DNA of 64,000 bases. Origin: an uncultured Bacilli bacterium. GTDB lineage: Bacteria > Bacillota_I > Bacilli_A > RFN20 > CAG-449. The translations under genes were made by a program, and so were the position numbers. The notes beneath the pieces are model-generated. The model did no database searches, was not told where the DNA came from, and saw nothing but the letters and a program-made list of their open reading frames with translations. The DNA lies in the NCBI GenBank assembly GCA_947591215.1, contig CANQCZ010000003.1:4501-68500 (forward strand), read 5' to 3'. Positions 22,973-32,901 of this stretch are shown here, piece after piece (within the stretch, counting starts at the first letter, position 1; the number at the start of each line of letters is the position of its first letter).

Positions 22973-25141
22973 TCAATTATAAAACCGCGACTTTACGACT
23001 TTCAAAATGCACAAAGTTTTATCGTCTTCTTCATCTTTATTTTTAATAAGTGCATCGTACAACAGATCTGCCATTTTACCGGTTTCCACATTTTTAATTG
23101 CTTCAAGATTTTCAAGTAAAAAGTTTTCTTCGATTACTCCAAAACCATCACTCATTAAAATAATTATATCCTCTTCTTCTAAAAAGAAGTCTTCATAGAC
23201 AATATCCAAATCGGCTACGATACCTAAAGGTGGAAAAATCTTATCGAGAGTAATAATTTTTCCTTTACGATAAATATAAGACGGGAAAGAACCGCTTTTA
23301 TAAATTCTCGCTTTTTTATTGGTTAAATCAATTTTTAAAAAATCCAATGTCGCATACATTTCATGCATCGATTTTGATTTTACCAACGTGTTTAGATTTT
23401 CGATAATTTTCCTTTCGTCGTTTTCAAGCTTTTGATAAGCTTTAAGACTTTTTATCACATAAGACGAAACAAGATTAGCATTTTTATCGTGTCCCATTCC
23501 ATCTGAAAGAACAATAAACTCCGCTCCACTTCTTTTAAAGCCATCAATTTGATCTCCAGAATCTATTGGTTTTGAAGAGAGACATAGTCCCTTTTCGATT
23601 TCGATAACGTTTTGAGAAGACAGCACTAAAATAGCGCCATTATGTAAATCATCTTCTTGTTTGACATAAAAGTTTTTTCTTAAAATATTGCGCGTTATAT
23701 CTACTATCTTATCTACATCAAAATCTTCGATCCCTATTTCCAATATCAATTCGACTCCATCGTACGCGTGGATTTTAATTTGATAATGAAGTGCATCATA
23801 GTTTTGCTTTAATCGCTCGTATTTCGACTTAAATTCTTCACCATCGTCTAATTCTTTTAATGGTCGATAGATATTTTCGATTTCATTTTGATAAAGTTTT
23901 TTTCGCTCTTCCGCTTGGTGGCGATAACTAAGTTCTCCTAAATAAAAATCATGTGCCACTTCACTGCGTCTAATAAGCTTATATGGATAAAGACATTTGT
24001 CGATGATTTCTTGTCTATTTTGCTTTGTCGCGTTATCTTTTATTAATGCTTCTTTCAAAGAATTGAGACTACAAGAGTTTTGCAATTCGCATTCACTACA
24101 AAGCGACGCATCAAGATTGCGTTTAGCTTTTTCAAAAGCCGGAGTTTCATGATCTAACGATGGATCTAAAACACAATCTAAATAAGACACTATTGAGCGA
24201 ACTTTGCTGCGAGTAGCATTTGCAAACTGAACATTTTTTAAAACTTGAAGATCTTCGTTTCGTTTAAAAATGTTTTCAAGATCATCGACCCATTCTTGTT
24301 TTATAAAAAGATTTAAAAGAAAAGCTAAGATTCCTTGATAAAAGAACCCATTAAGATAAAAGGTCGGAGTCAAAAGAATATTAAGCAATACAAAACTCCC
24401 TAAATATATATAGGAATTATATTTGGTTTTAACTAGTGACGACAGCAAAAGCGAAGCCGCTGAAATCAATAAAATGTTAAGTCCGACACCTTTAAAAAGG
24501 TATAATAAAAAAGCCCCTAAAACAATTGAAGAACCACTGACAAGAAAGGAAGTACATTTTTTAAAAACCAAATGCACTAAATTAAAAAATGCGATAAACA
24601 GCGCATCGATTCCCAAAAACAAAATTGAAAGTGACGAAATCACCATCACTTTATAACGGTCATCAAAAACCGCATAATCATCATTTATCACTTTTTCAAG
24701 ATTAATGAAGGCCAACAATAATCCATAAGAATAAAAAAGATTTATTAACCCATTAAGGAATTGAAAAAAATCAGGGTAATTGACAAGATAAATGGTAAAT
24801 ACAAAAATATTCGTAAAGATAAAACTTAAATAATTTTTAAAAACAGAAGTCGCTTTTAAAAGTTTCGAAAACGTTTCTAAAAATAAAAAAATAAAACATA
24901 CAACGCTTAATTCCAATCCATAATTGATATTAACAAGAAACCCTACTAATATTAATGTAAAATTAGTGACAATGGCGGTAATATACTCTTGCCGATACGC
25001 AAAATATAATAAAACCATCACAAACGGATTAAACAAATACGCTGTGTTGAATAAGGCTACCAACAAAGAAAGTAATCCGAAAATAAAATATATGAATACT
25101 GTACTGCGCTCTTCTTTTAACGTTTTAATATTTTCTATCAT
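22973..25141 (-). CDS. spoIIE: SpoIIE-like membrane PP2C phosphatase (stage II sporulation protein E), divergent
   Basis: About 10 N-terminal TM segments, central CxxC..C region, PP2C motifs LSDGMGH, ATLD, PPLGI, MSDG, DDKT; divIC-spoIIE-tilS synteny. Confidence 0.85.
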   Translation of the reverse strand: MIENIKTLKEERSTVFIYFIFGLLSLLVALFNTAYLFNPFVMVLLYFAYRQEYITAIVTNFTLILVGFLVNINYGLELSVVCFIFLFLETFSKLLKATSVFKNYLSFIFTNIFVFTIYLVNYPDFFQFLNGLINLFYSYGLLLAFINLEKVINDDYAVFDDRYKVMVISSLSILFLGIDALFIAFFNLVHLVFKKCTSFLVSGSSIVLGAFLLYLFKGVGLNILLISAASLLLSSLVKTKYNSYIYLGSFVLLNILLTPTFYLNGFFYQGILAFLLNLFIKQEWVDDLENIFKRNEDLQVLKNVQFANATRSKVRSIVSYLDCVLDPSLDHETPAFEKAKRNLDASLCSECELQNSCSLNSLKEALIKDNATKQNRQEIIDKCLYPYKLIRRSEVAHDFYLGELSYRHQAEERKKLYQNEIENIYRPLKELDDGEEFKSKYERLKQNYDALHYQIKIHAYDGVELILEIGIEDFDVDKIVDITRNILRKNFYVKQEDDLHNGAILVLSSQNVIEIEKGLCLSSKPIDSGDQIDGFKRSGAEFIVLSDGMGHDKNANLVSSYVIKSLKAYQKLENDERKIIENLNTLVKSKSMHEMYATLDFLKIDLTNKKARIYKSGSFPSYIYRKGKIITLDKIFPPLGIVADLDIVYEDFFLEEEDIIILMSDGFGVIEENFLLENLEAIKNVETGKMADLLYDALIKNKDEEDDKTLCILKVVKSRFYN

Positions 25142-25156
25142 TTTCTCACCGCTACT

Positions 25157-25201
25157 AGCGTACACTAGGCGATTAGAAAAAAAGGTCGATATCCGTCGAC
25201 C
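25157..25201 (-). promoter_or_regulatory. Hairpin terminator after divIC overlapping a putative Spo0A-dependent spoIIE promoter
   Basis: Minus strand GGTCGA-CGGATA-TCGACC-T7; arms resemble reversed 0A boxes 10 bp apart; TACGCT -10 lies 21 bp downstream. Confidence 0.5.
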
Positions 25202-25488
25202 TAAGAAAAGATAATTACAACATTGCCATTATCGAAAATATAACTATTGCCGTTATGATAAAAGACCGAATAATATGTCGCATCATTAGCTAACTTATCA
25301 CTTAAGTTTTTTAAATGCTCTTGTTCTAAAACGACCGCTTGCTTTTCAGATTCTAAAGCTTGATTTCTTGTATAAGCATTGTAGACATTTATCGATACTA
25401 CCAACAAAAGTCCAATCGAAAAGATAAAAATAAAAAGCGAAAAAATACTAATGATTCGATTGGTTTTTATCGATACTTTCTTTTTCAT
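25201..25488 (-). CDS. divIC: DivIC/FtsB-like septum formation initiator (divergent)
   Basis: Basic N-terminus, single TM, coiled coil; position after yabQ. Confidence 0.65.
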   Translation of the reverse strand: MKKKVSIKTNRIISIFSLFIFIFSIGLLLVVSINVYNAYTRNQALESEKQAVVLEQEHLKNLSDKLANDATYYSVFYHNGNSYIFDNGNVVIIFS

Positions 25489-25879
25489 TGCGTTTTTCCT
25501 TTCGATTTTTCTTTTGTTTAATTATACCAATTACTTTCTGTTTTTTCAATTTTGCCGGAATAATAATTTCTTTTTCTATGACCTTCGCGACCGATTCAAA
25601 TACTTTATTAAAATGTTGTGCATAAAATCGATAATATATAAGTGCTCCAAGAAAAATACCTAAGATATAAAAAATATTTAAAACACCATCAGTGTAAAAG
25701 CAAAGAAAGGAAAAATAAAAGAGAGTCGAAATCAAGAAAAAAACAACTTCGCAAATCAAGCGTACAAAAAAGCTTTTACAATGGTAAAAAAGTCGATTAA
25801 ATGCCGACCATGAAAAAAGCAGTAACGCTCCAAAAAGCATCGACCCTATAAATGCTTGAAACTGATTCAATAAAGGCAT
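25448..25879 (-). CDS. yabQ: Spore cortex biosynthesis protein YabQ-like
   Basis: Q...F..S.LFG N-terminus, three TM segments, G....Y...G..LG...Y motif; follows yabP. Confidence 0.78.
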   Translation of the reverse strand: MPLLNQFQAFIGSMLFGALLLFSWSAFNRLFYHCKSFFVRLICEVVFFLISTLFYFSFLCFYTDGVLNIFYILGIFLGALIYYRFYAQHFNKVFESVAKVIEKEIIIPAKLKKQKVIGIIKQKKNRKEKRNEKESIDKNQSNH

Positions 25880-26163
25880 TATTTAAAGAGTTTTGAAAAA
25901 AATCCTTCTTTGCTTTTGTCTTTTGTTTTTCCAACGTATTGAACACTATCCACTCGATCCCCTTTAATCGAAAGAATTCCTTTTTGCAAGTCCATAGTTC
26001 CTAACGCTAATTTTTGACCGCTGATGTGAACATGTCCCAAAATCGTTTCAATCAAAAACTCATCACTATCAAAACTATCTAATTTCGTTACTCCAGTGAG
26101 TTCAACACTAGTTCTAGATGCTATAGTGATTTTACTATCTCCATGCGTATCCATCGTTTCCAT
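25879..26163 (-). CDS. yabP: Sporulation protein YabP
   Basis: R..VELTGV..LDSFDSDEFLIET.LG...I.G..L, C-terminal GFFSKLFK. Confidence 0.92.
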   Translation of the reverse strand: METMDTHGDSKITIASRTSVELTGVTKLDSFDSDEFLIETILGHVHISGQKLALGTMDLQKGILSIKGDRVDSVQYVGKTKDKSKEGFFSKLFK

Positions 26164-26202
26164 AAAAAAACCTCCACTTAGTAATTCTTATGTGAAGGTC
26201 TT

Positions 26203-26460
26203 TTAAATAATTACTTTATCTTCTAATATTTCAAACATCTCCGAAGCACCATTTTTAGTAGTATGCTCTTTAATTTCACGAACTGCAATCTTCAAAATTC
26301 TTTCGCCTAATGTCAATTCAAGAACATCGCCGACTTTTACCTCAGAGCTAGGTTTACAAACTTTGCCGTTTAATTTTACAAACCCAAGATCTAACACATC
26401 TTTAGCGATTGTTCTTCTTTTAATCACACGAGCATTTTTTAAATATTTATCAACTCTCAC
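26203..26460 (-). CDS. yabO: S4-domain RNA-binding protein YabO/RqcP
   Basis: MRVDKYLK.ARVIKRRTIAK, KPSSEVKVGD. Confidence 0.92.
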   Translation of the reverse strand: MRVDKYLKNARVIKRRTIAKDVLDLGFVKLNGKVCKPSSEVKVGDVLELTLGERILKIAVREIKEHTTKNGASEMFEILEDKVII

Positions 26461-26463
26461 TTT

Positions 26464-26985
26464 TTATCCTTTCATCATATTGCTAATAAGAAGAGCAAAC
26501 GTCTCAATCGTCTTTATTTCTCCGTCATCTAAAGCTTCTTTACGGATAAAAATTATCGATCCAATAGGATTATCCAATAAATAAACCGGAAAAACCACAG
26601 ATGCTTCTGATTCTTCTTGATTTAATTTTATCATCATCGTTCCTTTTTGTGAATGAGTTTTTATCCTCATTAAATCAACGACTTCATTATCCAATAAACT
26701 TCCCGGAGCATATGACATTCTTCTCTCGCCATAAGAAGCAAGAATCATTTCTAAATCAGTAATTAAAACTGTTCCCGCTAATTTTTCATATATGCTAATC
26801 GCGATTTTGTGGAACATTTCTCCTGATCCCTTTAGAGTTGAATATTTGTCTAGAACAATATGATTATTTTCATCCAAAAAAATTTCAACGTTATCATTTT
26901 CGTTAATCATCAAACGTTTTCGCATATGAATCGGAATCACAATTCTTCCTAAACTATCGACTCTTCTAATTACACCATTAGACAT
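26464..26985 (-). CDS. spoVT: Stage V sporulation protein T (AbrB-like DNA-binding + GAF domain)
   Basis: GVIRRVDSLGRIVIP..MRK.L.I.END.VEIF, KYS, GAF-like C-terminus; directly after mfd. Confidence 0.88.
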   Translation of the reverse strand: MSNGVIRRVDSLGRIVIPIHMRKRLMINENDNVEIFLDENNHIVLDKYSTLKGSGEMFHKIAISIYEKLAGTVLITDLEMILASYGERRMSYAPGSLLDNEVVDLMRIKTHSQKGTMMIKLNQEESEASVVFPVYLLDNPIGSIIFIRKEALDDGEIKTIETFALLISNMMKG

Positions 26986-27001
26986 CATAATCACCGATTC
27001 T

Positions 27002-27031
27002 TACTATTTCCATTATTTAACCAATTTATTA
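27002..27031 (-). promoter_or_regulatory. SigF/SigG-like forespore promoter of spoVT
   Basis: TAATA-N15-GGAAATAGTA on the minus strand; -10 fits GGnnAnAnTA. Confidence 0.55.
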
Positions 27032-30000
27032 ATAGCAATCAAAAGTTTTTCTAAGTCATCCAAATATTGTCCGGTTTTTATTAACCTTAACTTCAACTTA
27101 CGATTTTGATATGAAACACGAATATTTTTGGCGATATCTTGAACCTCATTAAAAAGCAAAATACCGATTTTATTAATTCTTGAAGCTTCTGAAGATAATT
27201 CGATAATAATCTGACCGCCTTCTTCTTTTACTGATTCAATACCTTGATTGGAAGATAAAATATCGATCTTTCTTTTTCTAAGTAATGCTTCTACTTCTTT
27301 TGGCAATCGACCATAGATGTCCCTGATTTTTGCGCGATACAGAATCAGTTGTGGAAGCGTATTGATTTCTTGGATCTCTTGATATAGCTCGAGTTTATCA
27401 CCGTCATCCGCATAAACTTTTGGAATATAACCCTCAATTGGAATATTAGTTACTCTAGTAACGACTTTTTCTTTTTTTATTCCCTTTTTTTCTTCAATCA
27501 CTTCGTTTAACAAGCGAATATACATATCGATGCCGACGGTTTCTATAAACCCGGATTGTTCTGAACCTAAAATATCTCCGGCTCCTCTAATCGTCAAATC
27601 ACATTGGGCAATTTTATATCCCGATCCTAGTTCGGCAAATTCTTTAATCGCACTCAACCGCTTTCTCGCTTTTTCATTTAAAACCTTGTGTTCATTGTAT
27701 AGCAAATAAGCGTAGGCGATACGATTGCTTCGACCTACCCTGCCTTTAATTTGATATAGCTGAGAAAGTCCAAAAGTATCAGCTTCTTCAATAATAATCG
27801 TATTGGCATTTGGAATATCGATTCCCGTTTCGATAATCGAAGTACAAACTAAAATATTCACTTCACCGTTATATACCTTATTCATCGTATCTTCAACCAC
27901 TTCGCGATCCATTTGACCATTGCAGACCGCAACTTTGGCGCCTTTAATTTGAGTTTGTAAATTACGGGCTACTTGAAAAATGTTACTTACATGGTTATGT
28001 AAATAAAACACTTGCCCATTTCTAGCTAATTCTCTTTCTATTACTTCTTGCACGAGGCTTTTAGAATAAAGCATCACATATGTTTGAATCGGCATTCGAT
28101 TAATTGGTGCACTGTTTAAAGTCGAAACGCTTCGTATACCTAAAAGTGACATTTGTAAGGTTCTTGGAATCGGGGTTGCAGTCAAAGTGAGAACATCTAT
28201 TTGATTGGCAATTTCTTTAATTCGTTCTTTGTGTTCCACTCCAAAACGTTGTTCTTCGTCGACAATCAATAATCCTAATGCCGGAATTTCTATTTCTTTA
28301 GACAACAAGCGATGAGTACCGATGATAAAATCAATCTTCTTTTCTTTAATCTGCTTAATGTTCTCTTTTTGAGTGCTTTCGTTCACAAAGCGCGAAAACA
28401 AAGCGATTTTTACTCCAAAAAGCGCAAATCTTTCTACTGCTCGCTCATAATGTTGGCGAGCAAGAATCGTGGTTGGACAAAGTAACGCGACCTGTTTCCC
28501 GCTTAATATCGCTTTAAACGCAGCACGAAATGCCACTTCGGTTTTTCCAAATCCGACATCCCCACATAAAAGACGATCCATCGGTGTGCTTTTTTCCATA
28601 TCTGCCTTTATTTCCGCTATCGCCTTTTCTTGATCTTGTGTTAACGGATACGGAAAAGCTCTTTCAAATTCCCGTTGCATATCGTCATCGTTTGCAAAAG
28701 CAAATCCTTCGACACTTTCACGTTTTGCGTATAATTCTAAAAGTCTCTCAGCCATCAAATTGACCTTTTCTTTAATTTTCTTTTTTGTTTTGCTCCATTC
28801 ATTACCACCCAAATGATTTAATTTAGGAACTGCGCCTTCTTTTGAAACAAATTTGCGTACTAATTTAAATTGTTCAAGAGGGACATAAAGCACTTCTTTT
28901 TTTTGATATCTGATTTTTAGAAAATCTTTTTTTATTCCTCCAACTTCAAGATTTACGATTGCTTCAAATTGTCCGATCCCATTTTCTTCATGCACCACAT
29001 AATCCCCGATTTGAAGATCTTCATAGGAATTTAAAACCTTCGCTTCTTTGTATCGATGCATAAAGCGCGTTAAATGATTTCGATACCCAAAAATTTCACG
29101 AGCCGATAGATAACAAACTCGCTCATCGATAAGTTCAAACCCTTCATTAAGATTCATCTTGCAGATTCCTAAATTGCCTTTAGGTGAAGAATTAGGTTCA
29201 ATAATTTCATATTCTCTTTCATATTCGTCAAGATATTCAATAAAAGTGTTAAATTGTGTTTCACCGAGAGCGACGATGACTTTATTTCCTTCTATTATAT
29301 ATTTATCGATAATTTCTAGCGCTTTAAATATCGAACCTCCCAGAAAAGGAATCGGTCGCATTCTAAGGCTTTGATCATCAATATGATTGAATTGACTAGA
29401 AACTAATAAATTATTTTTGTTTTGTGCGATAATCTTTTCAAAATCCAAATTAAGTTTTATTTTTTCTAGTGTATATCCTTTTTTAGCTAATTCAGCATAA
29501 AAATCAAAAGCTTCGTGAACATTGAGATCGTAAGCATCACGACATCTAGTTATATCATATATCACTGTAGTATCAGGCTCAAAATATTGTAAAATAGAAT
29601 ATGGATCATCATTGAAATATGAGTAATATTTATACGTATTTTCATTAAAACCATTTTCTTGAATATCATCTAAATCGTTTCTTGTTCTTTCGATTAAATT
29701 TGTTTTAGACTCAAAATCGAGCTTCGTGTTTTCTTCTTCAATTTCAGATTTTATCTTAGTTATTCCTCTTTCAAGTTGTTCAGGAGTAATTAAAAGTTCA
29801 TTAGATGGAAAAATCTTTACAGAAGCTAATTCTTCGTTTGTTGAACGTTGTGTTTCGATTGAAAAATAGTGCAACGATTCAATTTCATCGTCAAAAAAGT
29901 TTATTCTTACCGGTTGCTCTAAGTTTATAGGAAATATATCGAAAATTTCACCACGTTTTGCAAATTGCATGCTTTGATCAATTTTATTGACGCGATAAAA

Positions 30001-30465
30001 TCCATTTTCTAGCAATTTTCTTTCTAAAAGATTAATGTCGATGATATCTCCTTTTTTTAATTCATAACAATGTGCTTGAAACAAATCCTTATTTGGTAAA
30101 ATTCTTGTCACCGCGGCAGTGTGAGTGATTAAAATTTTATAATCTTGTTTTATTGCTTCTGACATCACAAATAAACGTTGCGCCAATAATTGCTTGGAGA
30201 CAACGGCTTGATTAATTCTTAAAACTTCATCGCAAGGAAAAAACAACACGTTTTCTTCGCCTAGCAAAAGCGATAGTTTATCGTATAAATCTTGTGCACT
30301 ATATAAATTAGGAACGATTATCGCGTATTTTTGGGGTTCTTTGTTATAAGCGCTCGCGATGAGATACGCTAAAGAAATAATATCTGTCGCAACAAAAGTT
30401 CCTTCTTTTTTCAGAAAGTTTGTGACTACTTTATTTTGTGATATTTTATCGAAAATTAGGTTCAT
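27013..30465 (-). CDS. mfd: Transcription-repair coupling factor
   Basis: GDYVVHEENGIG (RID), DRLLCGDVGFGKTEVA, DEEQRFGV, TATPIPRT, QIKGRVGR, IRGAGDILG. Confidence 0.98.
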   Translation of the reverse strand: MNLIFDKISQNKVVTNFLKKEGTFVATDIISLAYLIASAYNKEPQKYAIIVPNLYSAQDLYDKLSLLLGEENVLFFPCDEVLRINQAVVSKQLLAQRLFVMSEAIKQDYKILITHTAAVTRILPNKDLFQAHCYELKKGDIIDINLLERKLLENGFYRVNKIDQSMQFAKRGEIFDIFPINLEQPVRINFFDDEIESLHYFSIETQRSTNEELASVKIFPSNELLITPEQLERGITKIKSEIEEENTKLDFESKTNLIERTRNDLDDIQENGFNENTYKYYSYFNDDPYSILQYFEPDTTVIYDITRCRDAYDLNVHEAFDFYAELAKKGYTLEKIKLNLDFEKIIAQNKNNLLVSSQFNHIDDQSLRMRPIPFLGGSIFKALEIIDKYIIEGNKVIVALGETQFNTFIEYLDEYEREYEIIEPNSSPKGNLGICKMNLNEGFELIDERVCYLSAREIFGYRNHLTRFMHRYKEAKVLNSYEDLQIGDYVVHEENGIGQFEAIVNLEVGGIKKDFLKIRYQKKEVLYVPLEQFKLVRKFVSKEGAVPKLNHLGGNEWSKTKKKIKEKVNLMAERLLELYAKRESVEGFAFANDDDMQREFERAFPYPLTQDQEKAIAEIKADMEKSTPMDRLLCGDVGFGKTEVAFRAAFKAILSGKQVALLCPTTILARQHYERAVERFALFGVKIALFSRFVNESTQKENIKQIKEKKIDFIIGTHRLLSKEIEIPALGLLIVDEEQRFGVEHKERIKEIANQIDVLTLTATPIPRTLQMSLLGIRSVSTLNSAPINRMPIQTYVMLYSKSLVQEVIERELARNGQVFYLHNHVSNIFQVARNLQTQIKGAKVAVCNGQMDREVVEDTMNKVYNGEVNILVCTSIIETGIDIPNANTIIIEEADTFGLSQLYQIKGRVGRSNRIAYAYLLYNEHKVLNEKARKRLSAIKEFAELGSGYKIAQCDLTIRGAGDILGSEQSGFIETVGIDMYIRLLNEVIEEKKGIKKEKVVTRVTNIPIEGYIPKVYADDGDKLELYQEIQEINTLPQLILYRAKIRDIYGRLPKEVEALLRKRKIDILSSNQGIESVKEEGGQIIIELSSEASRINKIGILLFNEVQDIAKNIRVSYQNRKLKLRLIKTGQYLDDLEKLLIAINKLVK

Positions 30466-30466
30466 T

Positions 30467-31018
30467 TTAATTAAATTTACTCATCGCATAATGGAAATCG
30501 TGATCGATAATTGCGTCGATTGCTTCCAAAGCTTTTTTTCGTGCTTCTGTTAAGAGCGCCTCTTCTTCTGCGCTCGGTTTAGATAATACGTAATCAATCA
30601 CACTATAAATAGGATGTCCGATTCCGATTTTAATCCGTTTTATTTGATCTGTTTTTAAAATATCGATAATGTTTTTAATACCTTTTTGTCCTCCGGAAGA
30701 TCCACCTTCACGTAATCTTATTTTACCGCATGGAAGATCCATATCATCATATATAACAATCAAATTTTCAATCGGGATTTTATAAAATTGCATGATGGCA
30801 AAAACCGCTTCACCAGAAAGATTCATATAAGTGTAAGGTTTTAGAAGCAAAATATCTTGATTGTGATATAATATTTTTTGATATTTACCTTTAAAGCCGT
30901 CTTTATCTACTTTGATATTGTTTGTGCTTTCAAATGCTTCAATTACTGAAAAACCAGAATTGTGTCGTGTGTTTGCATATTCTTTACCTGGATTACCTAA
31001 TCCGACAAAAAGTAACAT
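30467..31018 (-). CDS. pth: Peptidyl-tRNA hydrolase
   Basis: VGLGNPGKEY..TRHN.GF, KP.TYMNLSG, YDDMDL, GSSGGQKG. Confidence 0.96.
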   Translation of the reverse strand: MLLFVGLGNPGKEYANTRHNSGFSVIEAFESTNNIKVDKDGFKGKYQKILYHNQDILLLKPYTYMNLSGEAVFAIMQFYKIPIENLIVIYDDMDLPCGKIRLREGGSSGGQKGIKNIIDILKTDQIKRIKIGIGHPIYSVIDYVLSKPSAEEEALLTEARKKALEAIDAIIDHDFHYAMSKFN

Positions 31019-31037
31019 AAAGTTCACATCCTTTAAA

Positions 31038-31053
31038 CTATAATATTATAGCA
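31038..31053. promoter_or_regulatory. Back-to-back -10 elements (bidirectional promoter) between pth and the MFS gene
   Basis: Perfect palindrome CTATAATATTATAG: TATAAT on + (31039-31044) and TGcTATAAT on - (31045-31053). Confidence 0.55.
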
Positions 31054-31071
31054 TAGAAAGGGATTCTCGTC

Positions 31072-32397
31072 ATGAAAAAAAAGACTTCTCCATTTAGATA
31101 TTCGACCGGTCTTTTTGCGTTAACGCTTCTTACGCAACTTTTTCACGGATTTTCTTATACATATTATGTCGATCAAGCGGCACTTATAACGATTAACCTT
31201 GCAACTTTAAGTAAAATAATCTTTGTAATCGTCGATGGTGTCAATGATGTTATATTTTCGGCTTTAAGTGAAAAAACGCGTAGCCGTTGGGGAAAGCGAT
31301 TGCCGTGGTTAGTAACCTGCATGCCTTTTTTAGCATTATCTGTAATTTTGACTTATGCTGTAAGTCCTGAAACGGGTTTTTCGACAATTCAATTTTTTAT
31401 TTTCTATCTTTTTATTTCTATTACTTTCGAAAACTTTTCAACCATCATGTACACCAATTACTATGCTTTGTATCCTGTTTTATTTGTCGAAGAAAAAGAG
31501 CGAAGCAAAGTCTCATCAATCCGACATATCGGAGAACTTCTCGGAATGGCGATTTGTCTTGTAGCGTCACCTTACTTGGTAGAATTGATCGGCTACATCG
31601 GTCTTGGAATCGTTTATGGCATTATTTATATGGCGATAATGATCTATTGTGTGACCGGAATTAATTATAAACAGGCCGAAGACACAGTGAATACTAAACC
31701 ATATTCTTTTCGCCAAACGATCAAAGACGCATTCACCAACAAAGCTTTTTTAATATACAATATAGCCGTAAGTTTTAATCAAGCTTGCCTTGGTGTTTTG
31801 GTGACAATCTATCCTTTATACGCAAAATATGTCTTAAAGGTAAATTCTTTAGAACAAGGTATTTTAATGGGAATACTATTTGTCGCGGTAATCATTTCCG
31901 TGCCTCTTTGGTACAAAGCAATGCAAAAATGGGGTTATCGAAAATGTTGGAAAATCTCATACATTATCTTTCCTTTTTTACTTGCTGCTTTAGCAATCCC
32001 ATACAATTTTATAAGTGGTATTATCGTCGTATCTGTCGTGGGACCGGGAGTTGGAGGAATAATGATTACTCCAGATTTGATGGGTGCTGAAATTATCGAT
32101 ATGGATAAAAAGAAAAATGGCGTCTCAAGAGAAGCTTCCTTTCTATCTATGGGTAGCGTTTTGCAAAGATTATCCGTGGCAATATCTGCGATTTTCATGA
32201 GTTTAGTAAGCTCGCTTTTTGGTTATGTCGATGGCAATAATCCAGGACCAAATCCCGATTTAACTTTCCGTGTCGTGACTGGTGCGATGTTACCGATAAT
32301 CGGTTTTTTAGGATCGATATGTGCCGTTATCTACATTTATCTATCCAAAAAAGATTTTGATAAAATTACCAATAATCTTTACGTTGATAAAAATTAA
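31072..32397 (+). CDS. MFS transporter, glycoside-pentoside-hexuronide (MelB/GPH-like) family
   Basis: About 12 TM; DGVND....LSEKTRSRWGKRLPW, AEIIDMD....G..RE. Confidence 0.85.
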   Translation: MKKKTSPFRYSTGLFALTLLTQLFHGFSYTYYVDQAALITINLATLSKIIFVIVDGVNDVIFSALSEKTRSRWGKRLPWLVTCMPFLALSVILTYAVSPETGFSTIQFFIFYLFISITFENFSTIMYTNYYALYPVLFVEEKERSKVSSIRHIGELLGMAICLVASPYLVELIGYIGLGIVYGIIYMAIMIYCVTGINYKQAEDTVNTKPYSFRQTIKDAFTNKAFLIYNIAVSFNQACLGVLVTIYPLYAKYVLKVNSLEQGILMGILFVAVIISVPLWYKAMQKWGYRKCWKISYIIFPFLLAALAIPYNFISGIIVVSVVGPGVGGIMITPDLMGAEIIDMDKKKNGVSREASFLSMGSVLQRLSVAISAIFMSLVSSLFGYVDGNNPGPNPDLTFRVVTGAMLPIIGFLGSICAVIYIYLSKKDFDKITNNLYVDKN

Positions 32398-32410
32398 AAA
32401 GCACAGATTT

Positions 32411-32731
32411 TTATCTGTACTTTTCAATATAGTTTATGCATTTTGCTCCGACTGCTTTTCGATCGACCCGCAAATGATGAACCGTGCATTTATTGGCATA
32501 GAAATGACGGCAAGATGAAGCGTCACATAACACGACATGTTCATCTGTCTCTAAGGAAAAAGGCTGATCAGAAGCAAATTCATACTCCCATTGCGCAAGT
32601 TTAGAATCATCATCTCGTCTTTTTTCATATGAACGGCAATAAGCAGTATTGCTCACTTGAATTCCTTTTTTAGTGCAGTGAGTACAGTAATTGTGATCAC
32701 AAGTATGATCGTGACATTTTAAATTTGGCAT
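32411..32731 (-). CDS. DUF1540 domain protein (two Cys-rich repeats)
   Basis: Two repeats of C...C.(H/Y)....C....(I/L).V...A.C..Y. Confidence 0.75.
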   Translation of the reverse strand: MPNLKCHDHTCDHNYCTHCTKKGIQVSNTAYCRSYEKRRDDDSKLAQWEYEFASDQPFSLETDEHVVLCDASSCRHFYANKCTVHHLRVDRKAVGAKCINYIEKYR

Positions 32732-32752
32732 AATTTCACTCCTTTACTTTGT

Positions 32753-32781
32753 TAGTATGGCTTATTAAAACCGTTTTATTA
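32753..32781 (-). promoter_or_regulatory. SigG-like forespore promoter of the DUF1540 gene
   Basis: TAATA-N17-CATACTA on the minus strand, followed by an AAGGAG RBS. Confidence 0.6.
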
Positions 32782-32846
32782 AATTATCGGTGATGGTAAA
32801 TAATAAATTTGTAACTTTTAGAATATATTCAAACTAGTTCTTGTGG

Positions 32847-32875
32847 TTGTTTTTATTGCTTTTTATTTGTAAGAT
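32847..32875 (+). promoter_or_regulatory. SigA-type promoter of the DUF368-PAP2-rsuA operon
   Basis: TTGTTT-N17-TAAGAT. Confidence 0.5.
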
Positions 32876-32901
32876 ATAAATGCACTAATGAGGTGGATGA
32901 A

